Shown here piece after piece: positions 55,099-64,000 of a stretch of DNA of 64,000 bases. Numbering within the stretch: position 1 is the first letter of the stretch; every line of letters starts with the position of its first letter. A model generated the notes under the pieces. It did no database searches, was not told where the DNA came from, and saw only the letters and a program-made list of their open reading frames with translations. The position numbers and the translations under genes were made by a program. Source of the DNA: an uncultured Omnitrophica bacterium (lineage in GTDB: Bacteria; Omnitrophota; Gorgyraeia; JACQQV01); the NCBI GenBank assembly GCA_947085655.1, contig CAMTXH010000007.1, positions 46,085 to 110,084 on the forward strand, written 5' to 3'.

Positions 55099-56370
55099 AT
55101 GATCTGGCTGAAGGATTTATGGGACACTTTTAAACATCTCAAGGTACCGGATGTTCTGGACATCTCGGTGATGGCCTGCCTTGTCTACTTTATCCTTCTT
55201 TGGTTCAAGCGGACAAAGGCGGCCTTTGTGGCCCGGGGAATTTTCATCTTTGCAATGGTGTATGTCATTGCCCAGCAGGCCGGGATGTATCTCACCACAT
55301 GGCTTTTTCAGGGATTCTTCGCCATTTTCGTGATTGCCCTTGTGATCATTTTTCAGGAGGAGATCCGGAGTTTTTTTGAACGGATTGCGGTCTGGAGTCT
55401 CGGCAGACGCTCCTCCCATCCTCTGCAGCCGGAGGAAGTGGAGATTCTTGTTCGGACTTCCGGGCATTTTGCCAGGGAGCGGATCGGGGCGTTGATTGTG
55501 CTCAAGGGACTCGACCCCCTTGAGCGACATATCGAGGGGGGAGAAAGTCTCGACGGCAAGGTTTCAGAACCGCTCCTCGAAAGTCTCTTTGATCCGCATT
55601 CCATCGGTCATGACGGGGCGGTCGTGATTGAAAATGACCGGGTGGTCCAGTTTGGCGTCCACCTTCCTCTTTCAAAGGAATTCAGCAAACTCGGCAACGT
55701 CGGGACAAGACACGCCGCCGCGCTCGGCCTTTCCGAACGGACCGATGCCCTCTGCATTGTCGTTTCGGAAGAACGGGGAACCATTTCTCTGGCGCGGAAC
55801 GGCAGCATGAGCATTGTGGATAATCTCGAATTCTTGGAAGAACGGGTCGCCTCTTTCTTCCGGGAGATGGCGCCGAAACAGGTAAAACACCGCTGGTGGC
55901 AGGATGCCTGGAGGCGAAATCCGAACGAAAAAGCGATTGCTTTGGTCATCTCTGTGGCGCTTTGGCTCGTCTTTGTCCAAGGCTTCAACCCTTCCAGTAA
56001 TGTGTTCAAGGTGCCGGTTGAGGCGCGCTCAGTGGATGACCGGTTCAGGGTGATGGCGGTCCGTCCCCAGAAAGTGACTGTGACGGTCCATGGACTGAAA
56101 CGGGATTTGAAGCTGCTGAACCCCTGGAACCTGAAGGTCTCTATGGTTGCCGATCAGGCGGAGGAGGGGACGCATCAGATTATGATTACCGAAGAAAGTC
56201 TCTCCCTGCCCGGAACGGTAGCGCTGATCGGGGTCGATCCCCCGTTCGTGGAACTGGAACTCTCGAAGTCAAAGGGTAAACCATTCCTCCACCTTTTCGG
56301 AACCCCTCCTGAGGAAAAGCCGACCCCGGCACCTGTCGAGGAAGAGGGGCATGTCCAAACTACCCCCTAA
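55099..56370 (+). CDS. cdaA: Diadenylate cyclase CdaA fused to a CdaR (YbbR-repeat) regulator, with non-canonical RHR to RHA motif
   Basis: Three N-terminal TM helices plus DAC domain ('DGAVVIENDRVVQFGVHLPLS ... GTRHAAALGLSERTDALCIVVSEERGTISLA'). Then an extra TM ('AIALVISVALWLVFVQGF') and about 150 aa of beta-rich YbbR-like repeats. A 'TGTTATAAT' extended -10 ends about 7 nt before the ATG, so the mRNA may be leaderless. Confidence 0.75.
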   Translation: MIWLKDLWDTFKHLKVPDVLDISVMACLVYFILLWFKRTKAAFVARGIFIFAMVYVIAQQAGMYLTTWLFQGFFAIFVIALVIIFQEEIRSFFERIAVWSLGRRSSHPLQPEEVEILVRTSGHFARERIGALIVLKGLDPLERHIEGGESLDGKVSEPLLESLFDPHSIGHDGAVVIENDRVVQFGVHLPLSKEFSKLGNVGTRHAAALGLSERTDALCIVVSEERGTISLARNGSMSIVDNLEFLEERVASFFREMAPKQVKHRWWQDAWRRNPNEKAIALVISVALWLVFVQGFNPSSNVFKVPVEARSVDDRFRVMAVRPQKVTVTVHGLKRDLKLLNPWNLKVSMVADQAEEGTHQIMITEESLSLPGTVALIGVDPPFVELELSKSKGKPFLHLFGTPPEEKPTPAPVEEEGHVQTTP

Positions 56371-57388
56371 TCCCATTCTTTCCTTTTTTTCCCAAAAGCC
56401 GGCTGATTTGACAAAGCTCCTCATCTTTACGCATGACCATCCCGATCCTGATGCCATTGCCAGTGCCTGGTCGCTGGCCTATCTTGCCGAGCAGATCGCC
56501 GGAATCCGTTCACGCATCGTGTATCGGGGGGTCATCGGAAGGATGGAAAACCAGATGATGATTCGGACCCTCCGGATTCCGGTCCAGCTCATCCGCACAA
56601 ACGATTACGCTTATTCCTCTCATATGGCGACGGTTGATACCCAGCCGCCTTTTCAAAACAATTCTTTCCCGAGCCGCCGCCGTGCCCTGATGGTGATTGA
56701 CCATCACCTTCGCCATGCAAAAACCAAGGGAGAGTTCGTTCACATTGATGCGTCCGTCGGAGCGACCACCACCCTCCTCGCTGAGGCGCTTCTTGAGGCG
56801 GGGGTGAATGTCCCGACCCGGCTTGCCACCGCAATCGTCTATGGCATTACATCCGAAACCCAGAACCTATGGCGGGAGGCGACGCCGAGGGACATCGCCG
56901 TCTATCGGATATTATTCCCAAAGGCGAGCATCAACACCCTTTCCAAAATTCAAAATCCCTCCCGCCCCAGCTCCTTTTTTGCCATTCTCGGAAAGACGAT
57001 CCACCACGCATTCGTCGTCGGCCGTGTGATCGGCGTTCATCTGGGACCGGTCCCGAGCCAAGATGTGGTGGCCCATATGGCCGATTTTCTCCTGACGCAT
57101 GAAAAGATGAAATGGTCCATCGTAACCGGTCGTTTCGGAGGCCGGCTGTATGTCTCCCTCCGGACGAATCACCGGCGCGCCCAGGCAGGGAAACTTCTCT
57201 GGCGTCTTCTCGGTTCCGGGACCTCGGCCGGGGGGCATGCGATGATTGCGGGCGGTTCCATGACCATCGAGAAGAAAGAGGAGGAAACCGCCTGGGACAA
57301 AGCGGAGCAGGAGATCCTCACGAACTTCCTCGGCAGTCAGGGATATAAAGAGCCGCTTGTATTTCAGTATCCTTATCGGGGTTCGTAG
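56351..57388 (+). CDS. DHH-DHHA1 phosphoesterase (NrnA/Pde2/DhhP-like)
   Basis: 'HDHPDPDAIASAW' (DHH motif I-II), 'VIDHHLRH' (motif III), and DHHA1 'GGH' ('GSGTSAGGHAMIAGGS'). Overlaps the cdaA-cdaR 3' end by 20 nt. Confidence 0.75.
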   Translation: MSKLPPNPILSFFSQKPADLTKLLIFTHDHPDPDAIASAWSLAYLAEQIAGIRSRIVYRGVIGRMENQMMIRTLRIPVQLIRTNDYAYSSHMATVDTQPPFQNNSFPSRRRALMVIDHHLRHAKTKGEFVHIDASVGATTTLLAEALLEAGVNVPTRLATAIVYGITSETQNLWREATPRDIAVYRILFPKASINTLSKIQNPSRPSSFFAILGKTIHHAFVVGRVIGVHLGPVPSQDVVAHMADFLLTHEKMKWSIVTGRFGGRLYVSLRTNHRRAQAGKLLWRLLGSGTSAGGHAMIAGGSMTIEKKEEETAWDKAEQEILTNFLGSQGYKEPLVFQYPYRGS

Positions 57389-57397
57389 GAGAGGCAA

Positions 57398-58708
57398 ATG
57401 GCAGTCCCGCATGCTTTGGTTTCTCTTTTGGAACGGTATGTGGAAGAGGATCCGGCTCTGGCAGGTCATACGCTGGAAACGATGACCGAGGCGGAGGCGG
57501 TTGCCGTTTTGAAAGCGCTGAAGCCGAAGTTCTGCGCCCAGATCTTTCCCCATCTCCAGGTGACTCATGCGGCGGCCCTTCTCAAGGAAATCCCGCCGAC
57601 TCTTTTCGGGGAGATTGTGGAGCGGATGCGGCCGGAGCAGGCGGCCGCGATTCTGATTCACCTCTCCCATGACCTTCGGAAAGTCCTCCTGGAGTATCTT
57701 TCGCCCGACATCAAGCGGGAGCTCCAGGAAATCTTAACCTTCCCGGAAAACAGCGCCGGCCGGATTATGACGACGGAATATCTCGCCTTTCACGAAGAGA
57801 TTAAAGTAAGGGATGCGATTCAGCGGATCCGGGCACTGGCGAGCCAGCAAGCACCCACCACCTACGCCTATGTGGTGGATGGCGTGAAGCGCCTCAAAGG
57901 GGTGCTGAACATGCGGGATCTTTTGCTGGCCCAGGGGGATGCGCCTCTTTCTTCCATCATGAAGACCAATGTTTTTACAGTGGATGGTTTCATGGACCGT
58001 GAGGAGGTGGCACACGAACTGACCAAACGCCATTTTTTCACCGCCCCGGTCGTGGATGCGCAGGGACACCTTCTCGGAGTGCTCAAAACGGACGAGCTGA
58101 TCGGGGAGATTCGGGAAGAAGCCACAGAGGATATTTTGAGGATGGTGGGTGCCGGAAACGACGAACGGACCTTTTCTCCCGTCCCTTTTTCCCTGCGGAA
58201 ACGTCTTCCGTGGCTGCATGTCAATCTGGCGACCGCCTTTTTGGCGGCGCTCGTGGTCGGCCTGTTTGAGGATATCATTGACAAAGTCACACTCCTGGCC
58301 GTCTTTTTACCGGTTGTCGCGGGGCAGGGGGGGAATGCCGGCGCCCAAACCCTCGCGGTGGTGATCCGAGGTCTTGCGTTGCGGGAAATTCATCCTTCAA
58401 ACGCGACAAAACTGATTTTGAAGGAGGCGGGAGTCGGGGTCTTCAACGGACTGATTATCGGACTGGTCACGGCGGCGGTAACATGGGTTTGGAAGGGAAA
58501 TCCCTATTTGGGGCTCGTCATCGGACTCGGCATGCTTGTGAACCTTACGGTGGCGGGTCTTATGGGAGCGGCCATTCCGCTCGCCTTGAAAGGGTTCGGG
58601 TGGGACCCGGCCCAGTCTTCCAGTATTTTTTTAACCACCTTCACCGACGTGGTCGGCTTTTTCGCCTTCCTCGGGTTTGCCGTCCTGTTTCAGAATCTCC
58701 TCATGTAG
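57398..58708 (+). CDS. mgtE: Magnesium transporter MgtE (MgtE_N + CBS pair + TM domain)
   Basis: MgtE_N helical domain, tandem CBS, and a C-terminal 5-TM MgtE channel domain ('GGNAGAQTLAVVIRGLAL'). Confidence 0.85.
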   Translation: MAVPHALVSLLERYVEEDPALAGHTLETMTEAEAVAVLKALKPKFCAQIFPHLQVTHAAALLKEIPPTLFGEIVERMRPEQAAAILIHLSHDLRKVLLEYLSPDIKRELQEILTFPENSAGRIMTTEYLAFHEEIKVRDAIQRIRALASQQAPTTYAYVVDGVKRLKGVLNMRDLLLAQGDAPLSSIMKTNVFTVDGFMDREEVAHELTKRHFFTAPVVDAQGHLLGVLKTDELIGEIREEATEDILRMVGAGNDERTFSPVPFSLRKRLPWLHVNLATAFLAALVVGLFEDIIDKVTLLAVFLPVVAGQGGNAGAQTLAVVIRGLALREIHPSNATKLILKEAGVGVFNGLIIGLVTAAVTWVWKGNPYLGLVIGLGMLVNLTVAGLMGAAIPLALKGFGWDPAQSSSIFLTTFTDVVGFFAFLGFAVLFQNLLM

Positions 58709-58783
58709 GTCATGAGAAAAAATTGGTGCAAAAAGGCGAAAGACGTTCTATAATAAAAAGTCACTGAAAGCGTTGGTAAAGAA

Positions 58784-59260
58784 ATGGACGAACAAACAAA
58801 AAAAATTGCCCTCCGTATGATTTCCTACGGGCTCTATGTGATCGGTGTAAAGGGTGATTCCAGTGTCCATGCCTTTACCGCTACGTGGCTCAGCCAGGCC
58901 TCCTTTAAACCGCCGCTCGTGATGTTGGGAGTTCTGCGGGATGGGCATTCGGCCAAGATGATCCGGGAAAGCGGCTTGTTTTCGGTGAATCTGTTGGGGA
59001 AGGGTCAGGAAGCCGTTGCGAAGACCTTTTTCAGGTGCCCGGCGCCGAAGGAGGGTAAATTTGGGGAGATCGCTTTTGAGCTCGGAAAAAGCGGCTGTCC
59101 TATTTTGGAAGATGTTCCTGCTTTTCTGGAATGCCGTGTCGTGGAGATAGTAGAGAAGGGGGATCATTGGGTTGTTGTGGGAGAAGTGATTGAAGCGGGG
59201 GTGAGAAAGGAGTCGCTTCCGCTTCTTCTTTCCCAGACCGCATGGACATACGGCGGTTAA
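58784..59260 (+). CDS. Flavin reductase-like (FMN-binding split-barrel) protein
   Basis: 'ISYGLYVIGVKGDSSVHAFTATWLSQASFKPPLVMLGV', a Flavin_Reduct-family signature. Confidence 0.7.
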   Translation: MDEQTKKIALRMISYGLYVIGVKGDSSVHAFTATWLSQASFKPPLVMLGVLRDGHSAKMIRESGLFSVNLLGKGQEAVAKTFFRCPAPKEGKFGEIAFELGKSGCPILEDVPAFLECRVVEIVEKGDHWVVVGEVIEAGVRKESLPLLLSQTAWTYGG

Positions 59261-59290
59261 AACGACCCTTTCGTTACGGGTGACCTTTGG

Positions 59291-59317
59291 AACCCTATCA
59301 CAAACGATAGGGTTTTT
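59291..59317 (+). terminator. Intrinsic terminator
   Basis: ccctatc-acaaac-gataggg followed by T7. Confidence 0.5.
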
Positions 59318-59322
59318 TTCTG

Positions 59323-60636
59323 ATGAAAAAAAGAGACCTTGCCAAACAGATTGTTGAGCAGCTCCGAAAAAAGGGTTTTGAATCCTACTGGGCGGGAGGG
59401 TGCGTCCGGGACATGCTCCTTCGTCAGAATCCCAAGGATTATGACATCGCGACAAAAGCCGCTCCTGATCAGGTGAGGGCCCTTTTTCCGAAAGTGATTC
59501 CGGTGGGTGAGAAATTCGGGGTTGTGATGGTTGTGGTAGAAGGAGAACATTTTGAAATAGCGACCTTCCGGACGGAGGGAAAATATTCCGATGGTCGCCG
59601 GCCCGACTCCGTCTCATTCGCCAGCGCTGAAGAGGATGCCCACCGCCGTGATTTCACCATGAACGGCCTTTTCTACGACCCTGTTACAGAGAAGGTTCTT
59701 GATTTTGTCGGAGGGCAAGAAGCGATCCAGAAGAGGGTTGTCGAAACGGTTGGGGATCCTGCGGAGCGGTTCCAGGAAGACAAACTCCGGCTCCTCCGCG
59801 CCATCCGTTTTGCCAGCACTCTTTCCTTCGAGATTGAATCCCGGACCTTTGAGGTTTTGAAGCGTCTTGCTTCTGAAATCAAGAAGGTTGCTCCGGAGAG
59901 GATCCGGGAGGAGTTGGCCAAAATCTTGACCCGCCCAGGCGCCGGACGGGGACTGGAACTCCTGAGCGAAAGCGGACTTCTCCGGGAAATTCTGCCGGAG
60001 GTGGAAGCGATGAAGGGGGTGGAACAGCCGAAGGAATTTCATCCGGAGGGCGATGTATTTGTTCATACGCGGTTGATGCTGGATCAGCTCGATCACCCTT
60101 CTATCACCCTTGCTTTTGCATGCCTTTTGCATGATGTGGGAAAACCCCCCACCTTTCAAGTGGCGGACCGGATCCGGTTTAACGAGCATGCCGAAGTCGG
60201 CGCCCGGATGGCAGAGGCGATTCTGGAACGGCTCCGATTCTCCAATGAGGAAAAGGAAAAGGTCGTTGCCTGTGTACAGAACCACATGCGTTTCAAGGAA
60301 GTCCAGCGGATGCGGGAAGGGAAACTTAAGCGTTTGCTTCAGGATCCCACCTTTCCGGAACAGATGGAACTTCACCGGATTGACTGTGCCTCAAGCCACG
60401 GGAATCTTGGGAACTGGGAATTTCTGAAACAAAAGCTCCAGGAATACCGCGAGGAGGATATCCGTCCGAAACCGTTCCTCACCGGGGGGGATCTTTTGGC
60501 TCTCGGTTTTAAAGAGGGGCCGCTTCTTGGAAAGATTCTCAACGAAGTAAACGACCGTCAGCTGGAAGGGGAGCTGAAGTCAAAGAACGAGGCCCTTTCC
60601 TGGGTCAGGGTGCATTATTCACCTTCTTCGGGTTAA
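59323..60636 (+). CDS. cca: CCA-adding tRNA nucleotidyltransferase (class II, with HD domain)
   Basis: Pol-beta head 'GGCVRDMLL ... DYDIAT', 'RDFTMN', an HD domain 'LLHDVGKP', and a C-terminal tRNA-binding region. Confidence 0.8.
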   Translation: MKKRDLAKQIVEQLRKKGFESYWAGGCVRDMLLRQNPKDYDIATKAAPDQVRALFPKVIPVGEKFGVVMVVVEGEHFEIATFRTEGKYSDGRRPDSVSFASAEEDAHRRDFTMNGLFYDPVTEKVLDFVGGQEAIQKRVVETVGDPAERFQEDKLRLLRAIRFASTLSFEIESRTFEVLKRLASEIKKVAPERIREELAKILTRPGAGRGLELLSESGLLREILPEVEAMKGVEQPKEFHPEGDVFVHTRLMLDQLDHPSITLAFACLLHDVGKPPTFQVADRIRFNEHAEVGARMAEAILERLRFSNEEKEKVVACVQNHMRFKEVQRMREGKLKRLLQDPTFPEQMELHRIDCASSHGNLGNWEFLKQKLQEYREEDIRPKPFLTGGDLLALGFKEGPLLGKILNEVNDRQLEGELKSKNEALSWVRVHYSPSSG

Positions 60637-60647
60637 GAGAGCGCTCC

Positions 60648-60676
60648 TTGAAAAAAAGGAGGGGTTGTGTTATAAT
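60648..60676 (+). promoter_or_regulatory. Sigma70 promoter of the moxR operon (extended -10)
   Basis: TTGAAA, a 17-nt spacer, then TATAAT, with TGt immediately upstream of the -10. Confidence 0.45.
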
Positions 60677-60732
60677 TGTAACCAATAGCAGGAGTGAAAG
60701 TTATGTCGCTATCCTTTTGAGAGGAGGGGGTC

Positions 60733-61737
60733 GTGGCGCAGGATCAGGGTCCGTCGAAAGACCGGAGGGTATTGGATGAAGCAATCGCAAAAGAGAGCGA
60801 ATTCATCCCCCGGCTTGTGTCCGAAATCGAAAAGGTCATTGTCGGACAGAAATATCTGATTGAAAGACTATTGATCGGCCTCCTTGCCAACGGTCATATT
60901 CTGATCGAAGGAGTTCCGGGGCTTGCAAAGACCGCCTCGGTCCGGACCCTTTCACAGGCAATTGATACCAAATTTCAAAGAATCCAGTTTACTCCGGACC
61001 TTCTTCCCGCCGACCTGATCGGAACGTTAATTTACAATCCCAAGGACGGAAATTTTACCACCAAAAAGGGACCCCTCTTCGCCAACATTATCCTGGCGGA
61101 TGAAATCAACCGCGCCCCTGCCAAGGTGCAAAGCGCTCTCCTGGAGGCGATGCAGGAACATCAGGTGACGATTGGGGAAAATACCTTTCCGTTGGATGAC
61201 CCCTTTTTGGTGTTGGCGACGCAGAATCCGATTGAACAGGAAGGAACCTATCCCCTCCCGGAGGCCCAGGTGGACCGCTTCATGCTGAAGTTGAAGATCA
61301 CCTATCCCACCTCCAAAGAGGAAAGGGTCATCATGGACCGGATGACGAGTTCCAAGCCGATCATCGTCAACAAGGTCATTTCCCCCCAGGAAATCATCCG
61401 GGCCCGGGGGGTGGTACGCGACATCTATATGGACGACCGGATTAAAGACTACATCGTGAATCTTGTCGCCGCAAGCCGTGAACCGGAACAGTACCATCTC
61501 GACATTAAGGGATACATCCTCTACGGGGCCTCCCCCCGCGCGACCATCAATCTCACCATCGCTTCCAAAGCACACGCCTTTTTAAAACGACGGGCCTATG
61601 TCACGCCGGAGGATGTCAAGGCGATCGGCATGGATGTCCTCCGTCACCGGATTCTCATTACGTATGAGGCGGAGGCGGAGGATATCACTTCCGAGCGGAT
61701 TGTTGAAAAACTCTTCGAGGGGGTTCCCGTTCCATGA
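60733..61737 (+). CDS. MoxR-family AAA+ ATPase
   Basis: GTG start. 'LLIGLLANGHILIEGVPGLAKT' Walker A, 'ILADEINRAPAKVQSALLEAM' Walker B/sensor. MoxR signature throughout. Confidence 0.85.
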   Translation: MAQDQGPSKDRRVLDEAIAKESEFIPRLVSEIEKVIVGQKYLIERLLIGLLANGHILIEGVPGLAKTASVRTLSQAIDTKFQRIQFTPDLLPADLIGTLIYNPKDGNFTTKKGPLFANIILADEINRAPAKVQSALLEAMQEHQVTIGENTFPLDDPFLVLATQNPIEQEGTYPLPEAQVDRFMLKLKITYPTSKEERVIMDRMTSSKPIIVNKVISPQEIIRARGVVRDIYMDDRIKDYIVNLVAASREPEQYHLDIKGYILYGASPRATINLTIASKAHAFLKRRAYVTPEDVKAIGMDVLRHRILITYEAEAEDITSERIVEKLFEGVPVP

Positions 61738-62624
61738 TTCCGAAGGAATTTTTCCGCCGGATTCGTCAGCTCGATATCACCACCAAACGGCTGGTCACCG
61801 ACCTTTTTGCAGGAGAATATGAGAGTGTGTTTAAAGGGAGGGGCATCGAATTTGCCGAGGTCCGGGAATATCAGATCGGAGATGATATCCGGACCATCGA
61901 CTGGAATGTCACCGCCCGGATGGGCCGCGCCTACACCAAGCGTTTTGTGGAAGAGAGGGAACTGACAGTCATGTTTTTGGTGGATATCAGCGCCTCCGGT
62001 TTCTTCGGAAGCGGCGAAAAAACAAAGCGGGAGTTTGCGGCGGAGCTCTCCGCGGTGCTGGCTTATTCGGCTTTTTCCAATCAGGATAAAATAGGACTCC
62101 TGCTTTTTACGGACCGGGTCGAGAAATTCCTCGCCCCCAAAAAGGGAAGGATGCATTTATTGGAGGTTCTGCGTGACCTCCTTTATTTCAAGCCGAAGGG
62201 AAAAGGGACCCGGTTGAAAGTGGCACTTGATTTTTTAAACCGGGTCATTCCGAGACGGTGTGTCGTTTTTATCGTTTCGGATTTTTTGACGGAGGATTAC
62301 TGGCAACTGCTCCGGATCACCCATAAGCGTCATGATACGATCTGCGTGGTGATTCAGGACGAACGGGAAAAGGAACTTCCACCGGTTGGACTTGTAGTCT
62401 TTGAGGATGCGGAGACGGGAGAAGTGGCTGCCATGAACACATCTCGGGAGGTCCTCCTTCAGTTCTTCAGGAACAACTCCCAAAAAAGAACCGAAGCGCT
62501 TTTTGAGCGCTTTCGTTCAGCCGGAATGGATGCCATCCCGATCGTGGTGGGGGATCCTTATATCGAGCCGTTAATGAAATTTTTCAGGACCCGCCAGAGA
62601 AGGCAGAGTCTGCATGCGGCATGA
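61734..62624 (+). CDS. DUF58 protein (MoxR-associated, vWA-like)
   Basis: '...EFAEVREYQIGDDIRTIDWNVTAR', the conserved DUF58 core. ATGA overlap with moxR. Confidence 0.7.
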   Translation: MIPKEFFRRIRQLDITTKRLVTDLFAGEYESVFKGRGIEFAEVREYQIGDDIRTIDWNVTARMGRAYTKRFVEERELTVMFLVDISASGFFGSGEKTKREFAAELSAVLAYSAFSNQDKIGLLLFTDRVEKFLAPKKGRMHLLEVLRDLLYFKPKGKGTRLKVALDFLNRVIPRRCVVFIVSDFLTEDYWQLLRITHKRHDTICVVIQDEREKELPPVGLVVFEDAETGEVAAMNTSREVLLQFFRNNSQKRTEALFERFRSAGMDAIPIVVGDPYIEPLMKFFRTRQRRQSLHAA

Positions 62625-63583
62625 AAAGTCCCCTTGGGTGCATGGCTTTGGGGATCGGGTTTCTTCTTTTTGGAAGCGTCGCCGAAGCCAAGCCACCTGT
62701 CCAATGGTACACCCGCCTCGATAAAGATGTTGTCACTGTCGGAGACGAAATTACCTACGAAATCAGTGTGACCCATCCGAAGGGAATCATCGTCCAATTT
62801 CCGACCGAGGAAAAGGTCTTCGACCCTTTTGAGCTGAAGCGGCATCGTCCTTTTCCGAGACGGGAAGAAGGGATTCAGGTCACCGAAGGGATCCGTTATG
62901 TCTTGACAATATTCCGCGTCGGAGAATGGCAGATTCCCGCCCTGACCATCGACTATACTGACTATCGGGAAAGCGCCTTACCCGAGAGTCCCCTCAAGCA
63001 GGGTCAGGCATCCTCCGGCGTACGGAGCTCCGTATCAACCGAGCCCCTGACCGTTTTGGTCCGGAGCGTCCTCGGAGAAAGCCCCTCGCCGGGACTGGAT
63101 ATCCAGAAATTGAAACCGCCAAAAGAAGACCGCCTCCCACGAATCTTCAGGACGGCCGCCGTCGCCTTTCTCTCGGTCGGTGCGCTTTGTATCGGGCTTT
63201 ACGGTTTCATCCATTTTTTACCGAAGCAGATCCCCCGACTGCAGCGAGAGGATCCCAAGATCACATTTGGACGGGAACTCCGCATTTTGCGCCAAAAACT
63301 CGATCAGCAGAGGGTTGTGACTCCCCAAGATTACGAGAACCTTGCCAGGTCCCTCCGGAGGTTTCTTTCGGGGGAATATGATCCCCTTTCCCTCCATTGG
63401 ACCACCCATGAACTCCATGAACGGATGACGGAGTACCCCCCGACCCGCTCGATCGCCGATCGGGTCCACCAGATTTTATCGGCATCGGACCTCGTCAAAT
63501 TTGCCAGCCGTGAGATTTCCCGGGATGAACTGGAACTTTTCCTCCGGGATCTGGAAGGACTCCTTCCGGAGAAGCCAGGATGA
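62621..63583 (+). CDS. DUF4381/BatD-like membrane protein (MoxR-operon component)
   Basis: Signal peptide, an extracytoplasmic beta-rich domain, and a central TM 'AAVAFLSVGALCIGLYGFIHFL'. Position matches bat/moxR operon architecture. Confidence 0.45.
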   Translation: MKSPLGCMALGIGFLLFGSVAEAKPPVQWYTRLDKDVVTVGDEITYEISVTHPKGIIVQFPTEEKVFDPFELKRHRPFPRREEGIQVTEGIRYVLTIFRVGEWQIPALTIDYTDYRESALPESPLKQGQASSGVRSSVSTEPLTVLVRSVLGESPSPGLDIQKLKPPKEDRLPRIFRTAAVAFLSVGALCIGLYGFIHFLPKQIPRLQREDPKITFGRELRILRQKLDQQRVVTPQDYENLARSLRRFLSGEYDPLSLHWTTHELHERMTEYPPTRSIADRVHQILSASDLVKFASREISRDELELFLRDLEGLLPEKPG

Positions 63584-64000
63584 GCGAACACCCCTTCAGG
63601 ATTGCCAGTCCTCTTTTTTTGGTTCTCTTTCCGGTTTTCATCATCTTCTTTATCCTTTATGTCAAAAACAGAATCGGCAGGGAAACGACGCTTTCTTTTT
63701 CGAGTCTTGGGTTTTTCCGGGCGAAGGATGCGGTCGTTTCCATCCCCCAGAGAAATTTTTTTCTCGGAATTCGGGGAATGGCCCTCCTCCTTTTGGGGCT
63801 GGCGCTTTTGAGGCCGCAACAGGGGGAGGGGATCGAAGAGATTCGGGATAAAGGGATCGATCTTGTGATGGCACTGGATGTTTCCGGGAGCATGAAAGCA
63901 CTCGATTTTTTGCCGAAAAACCGGTTGGAGGGAGCCAAGGAGGCGGCTAAATCGTTCATTGAGCGACGAAAAGGAGACCGGATCGGACTCGTTGTATTCG
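63580..64000 (+). CDS. BatA-like von Willebrand factor A protein (5' partial, runs off the window)
   Basis: ATG overlaps the upstream stop. Two N-terminal TM helices, then 'GIDLVMALDVSGSM' (the vWA MIDAS DxSxS motif). Confidence 0.6.
   Translation, partial: MSEHPFRIASPLFLVLFPVFIIFFILYVKNRIGRETTLSFSSLGFFRAKDAVVSIPQRNFFLGIRGMALLLLGLALLRPQQGEGIEEIRDKGIDLVMALDVSGSMKALDFLPKNRLEGAKEAAKSFIERRKGDRIGLVVF

Noticed and set aside
1-64000. CRISPR arrays, tRNA/rRNA genes, insertion sequences and integrases.
   Set aside because: No regularly spaced direct repeats, no T-loop or anticodon-stem candidates, and no transposase or recombinase-like ORFs were found. The region looks like stable core chromosome plus a glycan locus.

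Overview
This 64-kb window is a GC-rich (roughly 55-60%) bacterial chromosomal segment. Almost everything is coded on the + strand, and many neighbouring genes overlap by 1-20 nt (ATGA or TAATG junctions), consistent with long operons. A PilQ secretin, SurA-like chaperone, heptosyltransferase and PdxA indicate a diderm (Gram-negative-type) envelope. I could not identify a mobile element, CRISPR array, tRNA or rRNA anywhere in the window.

The window holds five blocks:
1. 216-17691: a surface-polysaccharide (O-antigen or EPS-like) locus. It contains a Wzy_C-family membrane protein, a Wzx flippase, seven glycosyltransferases (GT2, GT4, GT9, CgeB-like), three SAM methyltransferases (two with N-terminal zinc ribbons, one with a Trm112-like C-terminal ribbon), a WbqC protein, a DegT aminotransferase, an LmbE deacetylase and a WecA/MraY-family initiating transferase.
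2. 17757-20404: a c-di-GMP-type signalling module in which both enzymes look catalytically dead. One is an HD-GYP domain with HN in place of HD and no GYP. The other is a HAMP-GAF-GGDEF protein with ERDRF in place of GGDEF.
3. 20416-33788: a complete type IV pilus locus directly downstream. It encodes PilT, a free-standing MshEN/T2SE-N domain protein, two tandem PilB paralogues that also carry MshEN motifs, PilC, a GT-C-fold membrane protein with C-terminal TPRs embedded in the operon, two tandem cysteine-free pilins behind a consensus sigma70 promoter, and PilMNOPQ.
4. 34046-49190: housekeeping genes. These are rng, rplU-rpmA-obg-proB-proA-nadD, two CNNM/CorC paralogues, a strongly expressed 48-aa zinc-ribbon micro-ORF overlapping rsfS, argS, an Mfd that lacks both the UvrA-recruiting N-terminal domains and the autoinhibitory C-terminal domain, a SurA-like PPIase, pdxA and rsmA.
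5. 49170-64000: a roughly 270-nt structured RNA with a perfect promoter and an intrinsic terminator, of unresolved identity. It is followed by a secreted hypothetical protein and an ECF sigma/ZAS anti-sigma pair flanked by two copies of a 40-nt promoter-like repeat. Then come spoVG, yraN and comM. Next is a c-di-AMP module: a CdaA-CdaR fusion with RHR changed to RHA, a DHH-DHHA1 phosphoesterase and MgtE. The window ends with a flavin reductase, a CCA-adding enzyme and a MoxR/DUF58/DUF4381/BatA operon.

The parts I judge most novel are the degenerate HD-GYP plus degenerate GGDEF pair feeding a pilus locus with three MshEN receptor domains, the GT-C/TPR protein inside the pilus operon, the minimal Mfd, and the unidentified RNA.

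CDS coordinates follow the supplied ORF track, with starts refined by hand. Coordinates of non-coding features were read by hand and may be off by 1-2 nt.
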